Shown here in pieces: positions 42,930 through 52,526 of a stretch of 64,000 nucleotides of DNA; position 1 is the first letter of the stretch; the number at the start of each line of letters is the position of its first letter. Made by a program: the position numbers and the translations under genes. The notes under the pieces were generated by a model that had not been told where the DNA came from, ran no database searches, and saw only the letters and a list, made by a program, of their open reading frames with translations. Source of the DNA: Alphaproteobacteria bacterium (GTDB taxonomy: Bacteria > Pseudomonadota > Alphaproteobacteria > UBA828); contig CBDEFM010000002.1 of the NCBI GenBank assembly GCA_965237415.1, positions 2,592,001 through 2,656,000 on the forward strand, read 5' to 3'.

Positions 42930-45116
42930 TCACTCTCCTGCCGCCGGGCCCCTATTTCCGGTAAGCGCGGCCACCATGTTGTCGATCAGCCGCATGCCGA
43001 TCCCCTCGTCGAGGGAGAGGATCGATTCCGGGTGGAACTGCACGGCGGCGATCGGCTTGGCGCGGTGCTCCAGCGCCATGACGATGCCGTCGTCGGTTTC
43101 GGCAGTGACGGCGAGGAGGTCGTCGGGGAGCGACACGCGCCGGGCGTAGAGCGAGTGGTAGCGGCCGACGCGGAAGCGCCCCGGCAACCCCTGGAAGAGC
43201 GCGCTGCCCTGCACCGTGACCTCCGAGGGCTTGCCGTGGACCGGTTCGTCGAGCTGGTCGAGCCGGCCGCCGAAATACTCGGCCACGGCCTGCAGCCCGA
43301 GGCAGACGCCGAACAGCGGCACGTCCTTCGCCAGCACGAGGGCGATGGTCTCGGCGGTGCCGAAATCCTCGGGCCGGCCGGGGCCGGGCGAGAGCACGAC
43401 GAGATCGGGCGCGCCCTCCCGCAACGCTTGGCGCGCGGGCTCGGGCCGGAGCGTCTCGACCTGGGCGCCGGTCTGGCGCAGATAGTTGGCGAGCGTATGG
43501 ACAAACGAATCCTCGTGATCGACCAGAAGCACGCGCCGCGCAGTCCCCGGCCGGGCCGAGGGCGCGTGCGCCGGCGCCGGTGCGGCCTCAGCCCGCACGG
43601 CCGCGAATAGCGCGGACGCCTTGAGCCGGCACTCGTCGTCCTCGGCTTGCGGCTCGCTGTCGTAGAGCAGCGTGGCGCCGGCCCTGATCTCGGCGATTCC
43701 GTCCTTCATGCGCACGGTGCGGAGCGTGAGTCCAGTGTTCATCGCCCCGTCGAAGCCGATGCGGCCGATGGCGCCGCCGTACCAGCGCCGCGCCGAGCGC
43801 TCGTTCGCCTCGATGAAGCGGATCGCCCAGTGCTTGGGCGCGCCGGTCACCGTCACCGCCCAGGTGTGGCTGAGGAAGGCGTCGAGCGCATCGAACTCAG
43901 GGCGCAGGATGCCCTCCACGTGATCCACCGTGTGGATCAGGCGCGAGTAGAGCTCCACCTGCCGGCGCCCGATCACCCGCACGGAGCCCGGCTCGCAGAT
44001 ACGCGACTTGTCGTTGCGATCGACGTCGGTGCACATGGTGAGCTCGGCCTCGTCCTTGGCCGAGTTGAGGAGCTTCGCGATCTGGGCGGCGTCCCCCAAC
44101 GCGTCCTTGCCACGCGCGATGGTGCCAGAGATCGGGCAGGTCTCGACGCGGCGGCCCTCCACCCGCACATACATCTCGGGCGAGGCGGCGACCAGGAACT
44201 CGCCGGCGCCCAGGTTCATCAGCGCGCAGTAGGGCGCGGGGTTGAGGGTGCGCAGGCGGTCGAACACCGCGGACGGCGCATCGGCGCAGGATTCGCTGAA
44301 CTGTTGGCTCAGCACCACCTCGAAGAGGTCGCCCCGGCGGAACGCATCCCTGGCGCGCTCCACAGCCGCCGGGTATTCGCCCGGCTGATGGTCGTTGGCA
44401 GGCGGGTTGTTGCCGGGAAGCGCAGGCGCGTAGGCGTCCTCCCGAGGCGCGCGAGCCATGTCGCGCGTGTCGCCGGCCTGGGTGACGAAATCGTAGCGGT
44501 GCCACATTGCCCGGTCCGACATGTGATCGACGACAAGGATCTCGTCCGGCACGAAGAGCACCAGGTCGCGCTGGTCGGCGGGTCGCTCGAGGCGCAACTC
44601 CACCGGCTCGAACTGGTGGGCGAGGTCGTAGCCGAAGGCGCCGTAGAGACCGAAGTGCTGGTCCTCGTCGTTGCTGAAGAGCTCGATGACCGCGCGCAGC
44701 AAACTGAAGATGGAGGGCTGCCGGCTGCGCTGCTCCTCGGGCACGATCTCCGTCGGCCGGCGGATGCGTCCTTGAAGGCGATCGGCCTCCGCCTCCAGCG
44801 AGGCGACGGCATCGAGCGGCTCGATCGCGGCGCGGATCGGCTCGATCAGGACCTGGCCTCTCGGCTCCAGCGCCGTGACCTCGAAATCGCGCCCGCGGCA
44901 GATAATGGCGAGCGGCGGGGCGGCAAAGCCTAAGTCCCAGCGCGTGTAGCGGCCGGGGAACTCAAAACACGACGACATGAAGACGCCGGGGTGGCGGTCC
45001 AGCCGCTCGACCAAGGCCGCGGCCGCAGGCTCGCCGTCCACCTCCAAATCGCGGCGGTGGACCGTGATGCCGCCGCGGGTGCGGTAACGGCGGTCGAGGG
45101 TCGCAGGTTCGCTCAT
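42930..45116 (-). CDS. trpE: Fused anthranilate synthase TrpE(G)
   Basis: Rhizobial-type fusion: FPGRYTRWD, CPISGT, TWAVTVTGAPK, then the GATase part DHEDSFVHTL, GVCLG, QFHPES. Confidence 0.95.
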   Translation of the reverse strand: MSEPATLDRRYRTRGGITVHRRDLEVDGEPAAAALVERLDRHPGVFMSSCFEFPGRYTRWDLGFAAPPLAIICRGRDFEVTALEPRGQVLIEPIRAAIEPLDAVASLEAEADRLQGRIRRPTEIVPEEQRSRQPSIFSLLRAVIELFSNDEDQHFGLYGAFGYDLAHQFEPVELRLERPADQRDLVLFVPDEILVVDHMSDRAMWHRYDFVTQAGDTRDMARAPREDAYAPALPGNNPPANDHQPGEYPAAVERARDAFRRGDLFEVVLSQQFSESCADAPSAVFDRLRTLNPAPYCALMNLGAGEFLVAASPEMYVRVEGRRVETCPISGTIARGKDALGDAAQIAKLLNSAKDEAELTMCTDVDRNDKSRICEPGSVRVIGRRQVELYSRLIHTVDHVEGILRPEFDALDAFLSHTWAVTVTGAPKHWAIRFIEANERSARRWYGGAIGRIGFDGAMNTGLTLRTVRMKDGIAEIRAGATLLYDSEPQAEDDECRLKASALFAAVRAEAAPAPAHAPSARPGTARRVLLVDHEDSFVHTLANYLRQTGAQVETLRPEPARQALREGAPDLVVLSPGPGRPEDFGTAETIALVLAKDVPLFGVCLGLQAVAEYFGGRLDQLDEPVHGKPSEVTVQGSALFQGLPGRFRVGRYHSLYARRVSLPDDLLAVTAETDDGIVMALEHRAKPIAAVQFHPESILSLDEGIGMRLIDNMVAALTGNRGPAAGE

Positions 45117-45129
45117 GGCGCCCTTATCC

Positions 45130-45266
45130 CACCTGCCGACGGGGCCAACAAGCCCAGACCAGTTGAAATACGAACAGGGAACGGCAACGCGAGACTGTCG
45201 GCCGAGAAGGATCGTTCATTACGCCATGACCCAGCACCTGCGAACCGGGGCCCGACAAGCCCAGAC
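45130..45266. repeat. Imperfect ~30-bp direct repeat pair (45130-45159 and 45235-45266)
   Basis: CACCTGCCGACGGGGCCAACAAGCCCAGAC versus CACCTGCGAACCGGGGCCCGACAAGCCCAGAC. Confidence 0.75.
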
Positions 45267-45383
45267 AGGCTTGCGCCTGCCATCCGAAGTTCTTACGTTA
45301 ACGATTGACAGCTTGGACACTTCGGCGATACGAAAGGATGGTGCCATGTCTCCTGAAGCTACCAAAGGTGCCGAGCGGAACTA

Positions 45384-46208
45384 GTGATGAGCGAGTACCT
45401 ACCATATTCGGGCACTCATTCGATCCAAGAAGCGGTCATTGCGATTCATTTCCGGGGCAGAGTATCCCCCGAAGAAGTAAGGTATGCTAGGGACACCGCT
45501 AAGGCCGAGCTAGATAGTGTTCTTCCGCGGCTAAACGAACATCATCAAGTGCAAGAAATTAAGATAGAGCAGGGGCAGCTTTCTCAATTGTCTGGAGAGC
45601 CTCGCCTCGTAGGCTTTGAGCTATCGAAAGTGCAGGCAGATGCCAAACCGGCTCGCGTTCTTCGCTTGTTTGAAAACATGATAACCGTTAATTTTTTGCA
45701 GTACAAGGACTGGGGAACGACCCTGACTGCTAGTCTCGGGTATACCAAACTATTGTTGCAGGCCGTCAAACTTCCTGCAAACCCAGTTCAGGCGTTCAGC
45801 TTGAGGTACATTGATCGGTACACGTATGACGGCTCGTTGAATGAACCTAACGCTGGACTCCTTCTTCGGAAAGGAAACGACTACATAGCGCCGTCTTGTT
45901 TCGGCGCAGGTCCATTGTGGCATTGCCATTCTGGTTGGTTTGAGGCACTCAACAGTGTCGATAAGATCCTTAACCAACTCAATGTTGGAAGTACGATTGT
46001 TGATCAAGTTTCGACAGTTACTATTGACCACAATGCGATCTGCCAATTAAGTTTACCTCGACAATCCATTGAGGCTCTCTTCGAACCCCCGTCAGGGAAG
46101 GACGCTGGGATTGAATACGCGCTAGACCGCCTTCATGACAAGAATGGAGATATATTGAGGAACATGCTTGTGCCCGAGATGCTGGATAGGATTGGACTTC
46201 AAGCATGA
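45384..46208 (+). CDS. TIGR04255-like protein of unknown function
   Basis: Recalled family pattern: IQEAVIAIHF near the N-terminus, central Y..W, SLRYIDR, C-terminal LDRLH; AT-rich codon usage. Confidence 0.7.
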   Translation: MMSEYLPYSGTHSIQEAVIAIHFRGRVSPEEVRYARDTAKAELDSVLPRLNEHHQVQEIKIEQGQLSQLSGEPRLVGFELSKVQADAKPARVLRLFENMITVNFLQYKDWGTTLTASLGYTKLLLQAVKLPANPVQAFSLRYIDRYTYDGSLNEPNAGLLLRKGNDYIAPSCFGAGPLWHCHSGWFEALNSVDKILNQLNVGSTIVDQVSTVTIDHNAICQLSLPRQSIEALFEPPSGKDAGIEYALDRLHDKNGDILRNMLVPEMLDRIGLQA

Positions 46209-46759
46209 CTGCGTCTAATTCGGAATTGAATTATCAGACCTCCATGCTTGGGGCAATATCGTACGACATGGGCGTAGAGGAAATTGGCCGTGTGGAATGG
46301 CCTCAAATAACAGATTTAGAAGATTGTTCGGTTAAATTGATCGGAGAAAAACTTGTCTTAATTACCGCGGTTGCGCCTTTCGAGAAGATGACGGTTGCGC
46401 CGCCGACGCTTTCAACGGTGCATAAACTGACAATGAAATTGAAATCTCTTCAGAATATGCCCGATAACGAAAAATGGCCTGGATCCACCTGGCCCAGCGC
46501 TCAAGCCTTTGAGGACGCACATCTGTTCATTCATCGCTCAACTTTAAGCTCGATTCCGACACCTGAGGTCAAATTAGCAAACGATGGCGAAATAAATTTC
46601 CTGTGGACGGGAAATGAGGTTCATGTTGATTTAGGATTCTATGGAACGGGCGCGTTTAGCTATTTTGCGCGCGGAAATGATGAACGAAGGCTCCACGGAG
46701 AATGTGTGCCGGCATCAAAAGGTTTGCCGCAGGAAATAGTGGCGCTGTTCGCGGCTTAG
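46205..46759 (+). CDS. Hypothetical protein (L..L....W....P...P.P....DGEINFLW domain)
   Basis: 184-aa ORF in AT-rich DNA, ATGA-coupled to the upstream gene, with a globular-looking C-terminal ~110 aa. Confidence 0.7.
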   Translation: MTASNSELNYQTSMLGAISYDMGVEEIGRVEWPQITDLEDCSVKLIGEKLVLITAVAPFEKMTVAPPTLSTVHKLTMKLKSLQNMPDNEKWPGSTWPSAQAFEDAHLFIHRSTLSSIPTPEVKLANDGEINFLWTGNEVHVDLGFYGTGAFSYFARGNDERRLHGECVPASKGLPQEIVALFAA

Positions 46760-46766
46760 TTCAACA

Positions 46767-47258
46767 TTGACAGGCTCTTCTCCCCACCTAGATGAATATA
46801 CTAGTGCCACACCGGATATTTCACCCGGAGTTGTCGAGGATTCTGAACTCCTACTTCGCGAGATGTTTAATCCCCATCACGTGAAGAATGGGAAACTTCT
46901 CGAAACAGCGATATCCCTAGACGATTTGCTATCAAGAGGGTTTTCTGTTCATCGAATTACGTACGTGAGTCGAGAACTCGTCAAAGGGTCAATGAAGGAA
47001 CGCTTTTCAAGACCGAGACGGGGACCAGCCTGGAAAGAAGAGGGAGTGGCGAGACTACAAACTGGCGCAGTTCGCCGCCTTCGAGTCGATGACCAACAGG
47101 CCCTAGTGGTGATCGATACGGCAGACGCAAGTAATCAGGGACACGCCAGCATATACGCTAAGGCGCCGGACATTGGCAAAGCGCATGCGCGGGAACTGCG
47201 GTCACTATTGCTGCCACTCTTGCAGGAAAGAATGTCCGTAGATCAAGCGTTTGAGTAG
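46767..47258 (+). CDS. Hypothetical protein, possible ADP-ribosyltransferase-like fold
   Basis: 163-aa ORF (TTG start) 7 bp after the previous stop; LLR...GFSVHR...GHASI pattern. The fold assignment is inference only. Confidence 0.6.
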   Translation: MTGSSPHLDEYTSATPDISPGVVEDSELLLREMFNPHHVKNGKLLETAISLDDLLSRGFSVHRITYVSRELVKGSMKERFSRPRRGPAWKEEGVARLQTGAVRRLRVDDQQALVVIDTADASNQGHASIYAKAPDIGKAHARELRSLLLPLLQERMSVDQAFE

Positions 47259-47286
47259 GTGCCCAGATGGGTTTTAGAGGCCGCCC

Positions 47287-48711
47287 TCACGCCCGCCGTA
47301 ACTCCACGATGGATTCGTAGAGTGTCCCACCATTCGCCTTGCCGGCACGAACACTTGACTCGACGATGCTGCTACCGACCCGGGTTTCGCGGGGAACGTG
47401 AATTTCTATCACCCGGAAGCCGCGCGATTCAGCGATGGCGGCGAGGAAGCGATCGGTCGGGATCGGCACCCCCTGCAAGATGGAGTTGCCGATGACGACC
47501 AGGGCGGTCGCCTTCGGACGCAAGCACCAGGCCGCACCGTCGAGGAAGCGGGCACAGTCGTTGAAATACTGAGCCGCGTAGTTGGCCCAGCCGTTGCCGC
47601 CGTAGACGCCCTTGTCGGGGTTCCGCTGCCGCACCGTGTCGATGGCCTCTCGAATCGCGCTGTCGTCGATGGAGGGGTCGAGGTCGATCCGCGCTTCGTC
47701 ACGGGCGTTCTGCCAGTAGGTGCCGAAGTTGAGCTCTTCCAGCCGCTTCATCTCGCGTGGTGCGGCGCAGAATCCCAGCCAGTAGAGGTGCGGGCGCGTG
47801 TTGCGGTTGTAGTGGTAGTTGTTGAGATAGGGCGGTGAGGTGACGAGCAGGTCCACGCTTTCCGCCGGGATCGCACTGTAGCCGTCGAAGAACGAGCGCT
47901 CGAAGACTCGCCCGTCCCCTCGCTCGGGGTTCTCGCGCGCGCCGCGATACCAGGCGGCATCGTCCGCCATCTGACGGAGCTTGGCCGCAATGGCACCTGC
48001 CACGTCGTCATCCACGACCTCCGGCCGCCCGACCGACGCCTTGCGACCGAGGCTCGGCTCGTAGGAATAGTTTGAGTAACCCACCATTGTCGCCGCAAAG
48101 GCGAGACGGAATAGGCTGGCGATCGGCGTCTCCAGCGGCGCCATGAAATCGAAGGCCAAGAGGACCTTGCGCTCGACCGCCGGGCTGTAGAACGGCGCCC
48201 GCGTGCGGAAGGCGGCGGGAGGCACCGCCTCGGGCGCGCAGCCTGCGTGCTCGCTATCCTCCATGAACGCAACGAATTCCGCGACGGAGGCCCTGAGCTG
48301 CGCGGGCTCCAGCCGATGGGCCCCTAACTTCGTCCGCGCGGCGAAAGCAGCGTAGGGATTGATTTCGAAGCCGATAGCCTCGTGGCCTGCGAGGTCGGCT
48401 TCGATCAGCGTCGTGCCGACGCCGGCGAAGGGATCGAGCACCACGCCCTGCTCCGGCCCCGACAAGTGACGGTCCAGCGCGTCCTGAACGAACTGCCGGG
48501 AAAAGCCCGCGATCCAGGGAACCCACCGGTGCACCGGCGTCTCCCGGTTGGCCATGAAGGCGGGGTCGCGGAATCCTCCGCGCTGGGGAGCCCGGCCGTC
48601 GGTGACTTCAGGCGGCCGGTCCCCCAAGGGCGAACCGCTATCTTCCCGTTCACGTCGTGCGCCGACGCGGTCTTCGAACTGAAACTCTGCCTGTCGCGGA
48701 TGCTGCGGCAT
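47287..48711 (-). CDS. Amino-DNA methyltransferase, probably m4C, alpha-type motif order
   Basis: HRWVPWIAGFS, motif I VLDPFAGVGT followed by GFEINP, later motif IV VTSPPY. Confidence 0.88.
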   Translation of the reverse strand: MPQHPRQAEFQFEDRVGARREREDSGSPLGDRPPEVTDGRAPQRGGFRDPAFMANRETPVHRWVPWIAGFSRQFVQDALDRHLSGPEQGVVLDPFAGVGTTLIEADLAGHEAIGFEINPYAAFAARTKLGAHRLEPAQLRASVAEFVAFMEDSEHAGCAPEAVPPAAFRTRAPFYSPAVERKVLLAFDFMAPLETPIASLFRLAFAATMVGYSNYSYEPSLGRKASVGRPEVVDDDVAGAIAAKLRQMADDAAWYRGARENPERGDGRVFERSFFDGYSAIPAESVDLLVTSPPYLNNYHYNRNTRPHLYWLGFCAAPREMKRLEELNFGTYWQNARDEARIDLDPSIDDSAIREAIDTVRQRNPDKGVYGGNGWANYAAQYFNDCARFLDGAAWCLRPKATALVVIGNSILQGVPIPTDRFLAAIAESRGFRVIEIHVPRETRVGSSIVESSVRAGKANGGTLYESIVELRRA

Positions 48712-48727
48712 GTCTCCCGACGGTCGG

Positions 48728-49705
48728 TCAGGGGGTCAGGATCGTCGAGCCCGTGGTCTTCCGGGCCTCCAGATCGCGATGCGCCTGAGCGGCCTCGGCC
48801 AGCGGGTAGGTCTGGTGAATCTCGATTCTGACGGCGCCCGAGCGCACGACGTCGAAGAGGGCGCCTGCGGATTCCTCAAGCTCGGGCCGGGTCGCGTTGT
48901 AACCGAAGAGGGTGGGCCGCGTGATGTAGGCACTCTTGGGCGCGAGTCTCGCCAGGTTGAAGTCGGTGATGGGGCCGGAGGCGTTGCCGAAGCTCGCCAG
49001 CGTCCCGAGCCGCGCGAGGCTCTTGAGCGAGCCTTCCAGCGTGTCAGCGCCGATGGAATCGTAGACCACGGGCACGCCCTGGCCGTCGGTGATTTCCATG
49101 ACGCGCTCGGCGAAATCCTCTGTCCGGTACATGACCGGGTGGTCGCAGCCGTGGGCGCGGGCGAGCGCGGCCTTCTCCTCCGAGCCCACGGTGCCGATCA
49201 CCGTGGCCCCCAGGTGCTTGAGCCACTGGCACTGGATCAGTCCGACTCCGCCGGCGGCGGCGTGCACCAGCACGGTCTCGCCGGCCTTCACCGGGTAGGT
49301 GCGGCGGATCAGATATTCGACCGTCATGCCCTGGAGCATCATCGCCGCGCCCTGCTCGAAGCTGATGTCGGCGGGCAGCTCCACCAGCGATCCCGCCGGC
49401 ATCACACGGGCCTCGGAATAGCCGCCGGGGGGCGGCGGGCTGGCGTAAGCGACGCGCATGCCGGCGGAGACCTCGGCGACGCCCTCGCCTACCGCCTCGA
49501 CCACACCCGCCCCCTCCATGCCGATGGGCCAGGGCAGCGAGGGCACCGGGTAGAGGCCGGTGCGGTGATAGACGTCGATATAGTTGAGGCCGATTGCCTC
49601 GTGGCGCACGAGCGCCTCGCCGGGGCCGGGATCGGGCAGGGTGACATCCTCGTAGTGCAGCACCTCGGGCCCGCCGGCTTCGTGCATCCGAACTGCCTTG
49701 ACCAT
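48728..49705 (-). CDS. qor: NADPH:quinone oxidoreductase (zeta-crystallin type)
   Basis: GGPEVL, GLNYIDVYHRTGLY, HAAAGGVG, FGNASG. Confidence 0.92.
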   Translation of the reverse strand: MVKAVRMHEAGGPEVLHYEDVTLPDPGPGEALVRHEAIGLNYIDVYHRTGLYPVPSLPWPIGMEGAGVVEAVGEGVAEVSAGMRVAYASPPPPGGYSEARVMPAGSLVELPADISFEQGAAMMLQGMTVEYLIRRTYPVKAGETVLVHAAAGGVGLIQCQWLKHLGATVIGTVGSEEKAALARAHGCDHPVMYRTEDFAERVMEITDGQGVPVVYDSIGADTLEGSLKSLARLGTLASFGNASGPITDFNLARLAPKSAYITRPTLFGYNATRPELEESAGALFDVVRSGAVRIEIHQTYPLAEAAQAHRDLEARKTTGSTILTP

Positions 49706-49750
49706 GAGTCGTCCTTTCTTGTCGGGGGCGCCCGCCCGGCTGCGCTCGGC

Positions 49751-50224
49751 TTAGACCGAAAGCGTCGGCGGAAGCGCGCGTTCGAGCGCAAGAAGTTGGC
49801 GCTTGGTATCACAGCCGGCGCCGCCGGAGAAGCCGCCGAGCGCGCCGCCCGCCCCAACGACCCGGTGGCACGGGATGACGAGGGGGATCGGATTGGCACC
49901 ACAGGCGCCGCCGATGGCGCGGGGCGCGCTGTCAAGCTCGCGGGCGAGGTCACCGTAGCTCCGGGTTTCGCCATAGGGAATGGCCTGCATCGCCGCCCAC
50001 ACCCGGCGGCGGAAGGGCGTCCCTTGGGGCGCGAGGGGCAGCGCGAATTCGCGGCGGTCGCCGGCGAAATATTCGGTGAGTTGGCCGGCGGCCTCTGTCA
50101 GCACGCCGGTGTTCGGGCCGGGTCCGCCGCCGCCACCGAAGTCGATCGCCGTGACTGCGCCGTCCTCGGCGGTGATCGTGAGCGGGCCGACGGGGCTTTC
50201 GATGGTGCAGCTGGTGGCTGTCAT
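49751..50224 (-). CDS. ogt: Methylated-DNA--protein-cysteine methyltransferase
   Basis: GTPFRRRVW, IPYGETRSYG, IPCHRV active site. Confidence 0.93.
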   Translation of the reverse strand: MTATSCTIESPVGPLTITAEDGAVTAIDFGGGGGPGPNTGVLTEAAGQLTEYFAGDRREFALPLAPQGTPFRRRVWAAMQAIPYGETRSYGDLARELDSAPRAIGGACGANPIPLVIPCHRVVGAGGALGGFSGGAGCDTKRQLLALERALPPTLSV

Positions 50225-50229
50225 AGGTC

Positions 50230-52269
50230 TCAGCCTTCGCCCGGTGCGCGTGCGGCCTCGTCGAGCGCGCCCTGGAGCGCGTGCGGTTCGGTCACCGGCA
50301 GTGAGCAGACCGGGCCCACGCAGACGTAGGCCGTGGCCCGCCCCTCGTGCTGCCCCTTGCCGGCGGCGGGATGGCCGATCGCAAGCGCATCCCCCGGCGC
50401 GAGCACGCTCAGCACACGGTTGGGCAAGCTCGTTGCGTAGATAGCGTCGATGAGGGCTCTCGTCCCCTCCTCCGCTGGCTCTCCGCAAACCACCACCTGC
50501 ACCGCGCGGCGCAGCACCTCGCTGTTGTTGGCGAGCGTCGACAAGGGAGAGAAGTTCCCCTCCAGCTCGCCGGAGAACGCCTTCACCAACGCCTCGGCGC
50601 GGTCGCGATAGCCCGCCTCGCCGGTGAGATAGTGGAGGCGCGCGAGCACGCCCACCATGGTGCCGTTGCCGGCGGGCGTTGCCGCGTCGTGGGCCGTCTT
50701 GGTGCGGCTGATGCTCGTCTCGCCGTCGTCCGGCGTATAGAAGTAGCCACCCTCCGCCTCGTCCCAGTAGTGGGCGTCGAGGACCGCGACCCAGCCCTGC
50801 GCACGGGCGAGGTAGGCACCGTCGCCGGTCGCCTCCGCCAGCATCAGGGCCGCCCGCGCCATCTCGGCATAGTCGTCGAGGAACTCCACGTCCTTGGAGC
50901 GGCCGTGGCGGGCCGAGTGGCGGAGGCGCTCGCCTGCCGCCATGGGTCCTGCCACATAGTCGAAGGCTTCCACCGCCGCGTCGAGCCACGACTGCTCGCC
51001 GAAGACACATCCGGCGGTGGCGAGGGCCGCGATCATCAGGCCGTTCCAGTCGGCGAGCACCTTATCGTCCCAACCTGGGCGCTCCCGGCTGGCACGACGC
51101 TCCAGCAGCACCGTGCGCAGCTTGGCAAGCCGGGCCTCGTCCGGCGTCTCGTCGGTGCCGGGTGGCAAGAGGCGGTTGAGGATCGTCTTCCCCTCCCAGT
51201 TGCCGCCTGGCGTCACGTCGTAGACGGCCTTGAAATAGGCCGCGTCCGCGCCGAGAAGCTCGTCGATCTCGGCCTCGTTCCAGACGTAGAACGTGCCTTC
51301 CTCGCCTTCCGAATCGGCATCCAGCGCGCTCGCGAACGCGCCCTCGCCGGTGCGCATCTCGCGCAGCACCCAGGCGACCGTTTCCGCCGCGCGGGCGGCG
51401 AAGAGCGGCTCGCCCGTCTCCTGCCAGACGTGACACAGCAGATCGAGAAGCTGGGCGTTGTCGTAGAGCATTTTCTCGAAATGGGGCGCGAGCCAGCGCT
51501 CGTCGGTGGAGTAGCGCGCGAAGCCGCCGCCCAGATGGTCGTAGATGCCGCCCTGGCACATGCGTTCCATGCTCAGTACGACGGCGGTCTTCATCAAGAG
51601 CGACCCGGTTCGCAAGTAGCTGCGCCAGAGAAGCTCCAGCATGGAACATTGCGGGAACTTTGGCGCACCGCCAATGCCACCGTGGCGTCCGTCGACCTCG
51701 CGCAGCAGAGTCCGCGCCATGTTCTCGGTTTGTACCTCGGTCACGGCCTCGCCGGGCTTACTACGGGCGAGTCCCTGCAACGCTTCGACGAGCGCTGTTC
51801 TGTTTTTGTCCACTTTGTCGCGGTCGCCGCGATAGGTCTGCTCGATCAGGCGCAGCACATCCTTGAAGCCGGGGCGGCCGAAGCGCGGCTCCAGCGGGAA
51901 GTAGGTGCCGCCCCAGAAGGGCTCGGCGTCGGGGGTGAGGAACATGGTGAGCGGCCAGCCCCCCTGCTGGCCCATGAGCGCCAACGCCCGCTGATAGATG
52001 GTGTCGAGGTCGGGGCGTTCTTCGCGGTCCACCTTGATGTTGACGAAGAGCCCGTTCATCAGCTGAGCCGTCTCATCGTCCTCGAAGCTCTCGTGGGCCA
52101 TGACATGGCACCAGTGGCAGGCGGAGTAGCCGACCGAGAGCAGGATCGCCTTGTCGGCCGCCTTCGCCTCGGCCAGCGCCTCCGGCCCCCACGGGCGCCA
52201 GTGCACCGGGTTGTCGCGGTGTTGCAGGAGATAGGGGCTGGATTCGGCGCCCAAAAGGTTCTCGCTCAT
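50230..52269 (-). CDS. YyaL/DUF255 thioredoxin-domain protein
   Basis: [40 protein letters not shown]. Confidence 0.93.
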   Translation of the reverse strand: MSENLLGAESSPYLLQHRDNPVHWRPWGPEALAEAKAADKAILLSVGYSACHWCHVMAHESFEDDETAQLMNGLFVNIKVDREERPDLDTIYQRALALMGQQGGWPLTMFLTPDAEPFWGGTYFPLEPRFGRPGFKDVLRLIEQTYRGDRDKVDKNRTALVEALQGLARSKPGEAVTEVQTENMARTLLREVDGRHGGIGGAPKFPQCSMLELLWRSYLRTGSLLMKTAVVLSMERMCQGGIYDHLGGGFARYSTDERWLAPHFEKMLYDNAQLLDLLCHVWQETGEPLFAARAAETVAWVLREMRTGEGAFASALDADSEGEEGTFYVWNEAEIDELLGADAAYFKAVYDVTPGGNWEGKTILNRLLPPGTDETPDEARLAKLRTVLLERRASRERPGWDDKVLADWNGLMIAALATAGCVFGEQSWLDAAVEAFDYVAGPMAAGERLRHSARHGRSKDVEFLDDYAEMARAALMLAEATGDGAYLARAQGWVAVLDAHYWDEAEGGYFYTPDDGETSISRTKTAHDAATPAGNGTMVGVLARLHYLTGEAGYRDRAEALVKAFSGELEGNFSPLSTLANNSEVLRRAVQVVVCGEPAEEGTRALIDAIYATSLPNRVLSVLAPGDALAIGHPAAGKGQHEGRATAYVCVGPVCSLPVTEPHALQGALDEAARAPGEG

Positions 52270-52526
52270 GGCCCTTCCCGTCTGGTTCGGACCGCGCGCG
52301 CCAGCGGGGCGGCCTGGCGCCTGAGCATAGGGTGCCGCGCCCTCAGTCGCCAGCCCGGCACGCCGATCACCGTACTGGTGAACAACGCAACGCTCCCGCC
52401 AATGCAGCAGGCGCGGAGAATTGGATTGTCCGCGTTGGGCTGTGCTCGTTACAATATTTGAGCGTGAGGAAGGAGGCCGTTCGCACAGAGCTGCCTCGAG
52501 TAAACAGGCGGCGATGTGGGGTATTT

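Noticed and set aside
45130-45266. CRISPR mini-array
   Set aside because: Only two divergent copies with a 75-bp interval and no cas genes.
45384-48711. Conventional type II restriction-modification system
   Set aside because: No recognisable nuclease motif in the three ORFs, and their base composition differs from the MTase; not fully excluded without structure prediction.
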